Shown: positions 61,160-64,000 of the stretch, piece by piece
How positions within the stretch are numbered: position 1 is the stretch's first letter
How the letters are laid out: the number at the start of each line of letters is the position of its first letter
NCBI GenBank assembly: GCA_043228905.1
Contig: JBHGNT010000005.1
Location: 14,446,001-14,510,000 of the forward strand
DNA: 64,000 bases
From: Azolla caroliniana
Lineage: Eukaryota > Plantae > Polypodiophyta
Reading direction: 5' to 3'
Made by a program: the position numbers and the translations under genes
Notes under the pieces: model-generated
What the model saw: the letters and a program-made list of their open reading frames with translations, nothing else
Told to the model about the DNA's origin: nothing
Database searches by the model: none

Positions 61160-64000
61160 GGTCGATCGATCCGTCTTGCAACCTGCAACTAACTAAAATT
61201 TAAGTAATGATATGTGTGAGTGGTACTTTTCGATATGTATATGTAGCAGTACTAGTATGTACATACATAGTAGACTGTGTAGTGTGTCTGTCTATCGACA
61301 TCCTCTTTGCTTTGCTAGCATCAACATTGTCACCCTACAACATACTGTACATATACATATGTACACCGTACAATAATGTATATGTACATTTCATACTTAT
61401 AATGTATGTGTGTATGTATGTACATATGTATGTATGTATGTGGTCATTGTACTACTTTCTTGGCCTCTCGGCATATCTCCATCTTCACATTAGACAAAGC
61501 AAGTATCTCCATCTTCACATTGATTGACATTTTGTCATATAATCCAAATAGGCCATTTGCATTGCATGAGTTTGGTCATCCTAGTGGATACATTGTTTAG
61601 TTTACATGAGCTTACAACATGGGCACCCCCCTTTTGCCCACTTACCTGTAGTGAGCGGAACATGAGGGACTTAGGGTGATTAGGTTGGGCATCATTTGGT
61701 TGGAATGTCCTTTAAGTGCGAAGTTGATTTTATAAAGAAGCCAATTTCTAACTCTCAACTTCCTAGTTTGACCTAGTCATGGACAAACATCTCCCTTAGG
61801 GTGTGATGTATGTTTATATACACGATTAATTAACTATATAAATCATCACCTCAAGTCCAAGGGGAGACAATCAATTATATTCATCAAATGCACATGTATC
61901 CACAAACCTCTTACTCCATGGAGTGAGCTTCATCAAATCCAAGAATTCCCTCAATGCATCATCAAACAAAATATGCTCATCCAACTCATCAATATATATC
62001 ATATAGCCTATCGATTAAAACCTTGGACCCAAAATGTATCATTCAAGGAATTTTGTTGTAAGAAATCGCAATATGTGCCCATCTAATAGAAAATTGATAA
62101 AAGTATTTAACATATATATAGATAGATAGATATATTATAAAGTGTGTGGTGTAACAAAATCCAAGCTTATTGGTGGAAGCTTGTAGATTTGCTCTTAGTA
62201 TTAGTACTAACTAAAGTTGTTTTACCATGTTCATGCTACAAATTTAACCATTAAAAATTGTCATGAATGGTTTGAATGGTAGATATAAGCATTAATCTGA
62301 TAATTTGACCAACCTCCCAATTATCAATCTAACTCATCATCAATTCTCAAAACTAACTTTATCATCAAGAACTACATGCCAAGGATTATTCATCCCAAAG
62401 AGGTTTATGGAAGGTGTTGGGCAAACCGAAACAACTACTTATCTATCTATTAAAAGTAGACCCCATTTAATATAAGAGATTTATCATAATAACAACTTTA
62501 CGAACTTTGGGTATTTAGCCTTCCAAGATGTCTAAGCTCGATACATTATCCTCTTTTGGCGTCAACCACCTTGGTGGAGGTTATGTAGACTCTAGACGAT
62601 AAATCTAGCTAAGTTGAATCAATGCATTAACTTTTATGTAGTTAACTCTATTAATCCTAGTGTGCAAATTCTCCTTAATATTCTTGTTTTTACTATATTG
62701 ATAAAGAAAGAGGCCACAAACTTCCATGAAGTCTTGAGGGCCCCTTTTCCTTGGCCTATCTACTAAGTCATGGTCTTTTCCTTTCCTTGTCATGTTTCTT
62801 TCGTCATACATTCTTGCCTTCAACAATCTACTCACTTGTACTTTCTTTGCCTCGCTTTCCAAGTTGACTCAAATGAATGAATTATGTTCAATTCAAAGAA
62901 GAAAATGTCCCATTGTAACACCTCTTAGAATTCTTCATGCACCAAATATATTGATGGGAAAAAATAAATGATGAGTTGGGTTAACTTGCCCAAGCATACT
63001 TGTAACCCACATCAACGTCAATCCCCCCTCCCACGTTGTCATTCACAATAGGAATGTCAAGTAAGATTGTTAAGCGTCTGCCACCTTAAACATACTTTGT
63101 GAAGACAACGATGTGAATAAGTGACATGAAACTTACAAACACATGCACACTCACCGAGGCCAATGTTTTGTCCACCTAATGGCACCCAAAGAGGAGGACA
63201 AGAACATAACATTTCATGAATCTCAAACTTGTTGTAATGGTAGGACGGTGCCTCATCCGAACTACTGTTGGTGTATAAATTGGGAACTTCTCTTAATTAC
63301 TCTTCAACTTCTTGTTGAATTTGTTCGACAAAATCCAAATTAGTCGAATTACCATCTTCGGCACGTCGGCTTTCCGATCTCATGCATGGTCGGTCTTCTG
63401 CTTCCTATAGGCTGGTCTTTATTAGGTCGACTGGGTGACATCCATTCTCATTGCTCTCTACTCGTGGCAGATGTAATCGGGCATGCCAAATATTTTGTGT
63501 TGTCTATTCCGACCAACACAAAACATGTCCGTGTTCACAAGTCGAAGGATCGTGCACAAATGGAAGGATAAGGAATATTTTGTCTGATTTTGGGGCTTTT
63601 TTGGCCATTTCACAAAACACCTTGATACCAGTATCACATGCTCTCGAAAACTTGATGAAAAAGCTGAAAATTTCACAATTTGGTAAAGTTGGAAAATGTC
63701 AAAATTTGCCAGATACGAAAAGTAACTTTGTGTCTTTTAAAGGAAAAATGACAACTAATAATTTTTTAGATCTTAAAGAATCAAAAGCGAAAGATTTCAA
63801 AACAATCAACTTTTGTATATCATTGAATAAAATGTTGTCTAAATCTGTTACATATCGTTGTACAAAATATACATTCAGAAGTAATTTGCATCATTGTGAT
63901 CACTCCTTTCATGAGAGTCACTATTATAGCTAATATACAATTGTTACTCTTCCTCCTCATTTTCAAATGTACCAATCAAAGCATTGTCTTCATCTAAAAC

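Noticed and set aside
62440-63730. Possible decayed DNA transposon upstream of the carboxypeptidase
   Set aside because: No TIR pair, TSD or recognisable transposase motif could be confirmed.
63451-63933. 160-aa ORF
   Set aside because: Non-ATG start, no recognisable domain, no splice or homology support.

Overview
Plant nuclear DNA, AT-rich and dominated by transposable elements. The TE-filled giant introns and two-ORF RTE-X-like LINEs suggest a non-seed plant such as a fern or lycophyte, but this is inference only. There are two intact convergent host genes: a galacturonokinase (GalAK, + strand, 13 recognisable coding exons, 20185-33099, first exon not located) and a membrane-anchored M14 zinc carboxypeptidase (- strand, 12 exons, 61159-35239). 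The remainder comprises an intact young Ty1/copia element (90-5590) inserted in a decayed L1 LINE, four more copia elements or remnants plus a solo LTR, several RTE-X-like LINE copies, two hAT-type MITEs, a Mutator-like foldback MITE, an intronless xanthine dehydrogenase pseudogene fragment and several tandem repeats. The most unusual structure is a five-layer TE nest in a 17.8 kb intron. It contains a chimeric ~715 bp duplicated/inverted segment consistent with homology-driven twin priming during LINE insertion. Also notable are a conserved multi-stem RNA structure in the RTE-X 3' UTR and inverted copia copies bracketing a frame-preserving four-exon block. I found no CRISPR arrays, rRNA or tRNA genes and no evidence for a wholly new gene system. 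All comparisons were made by eye.
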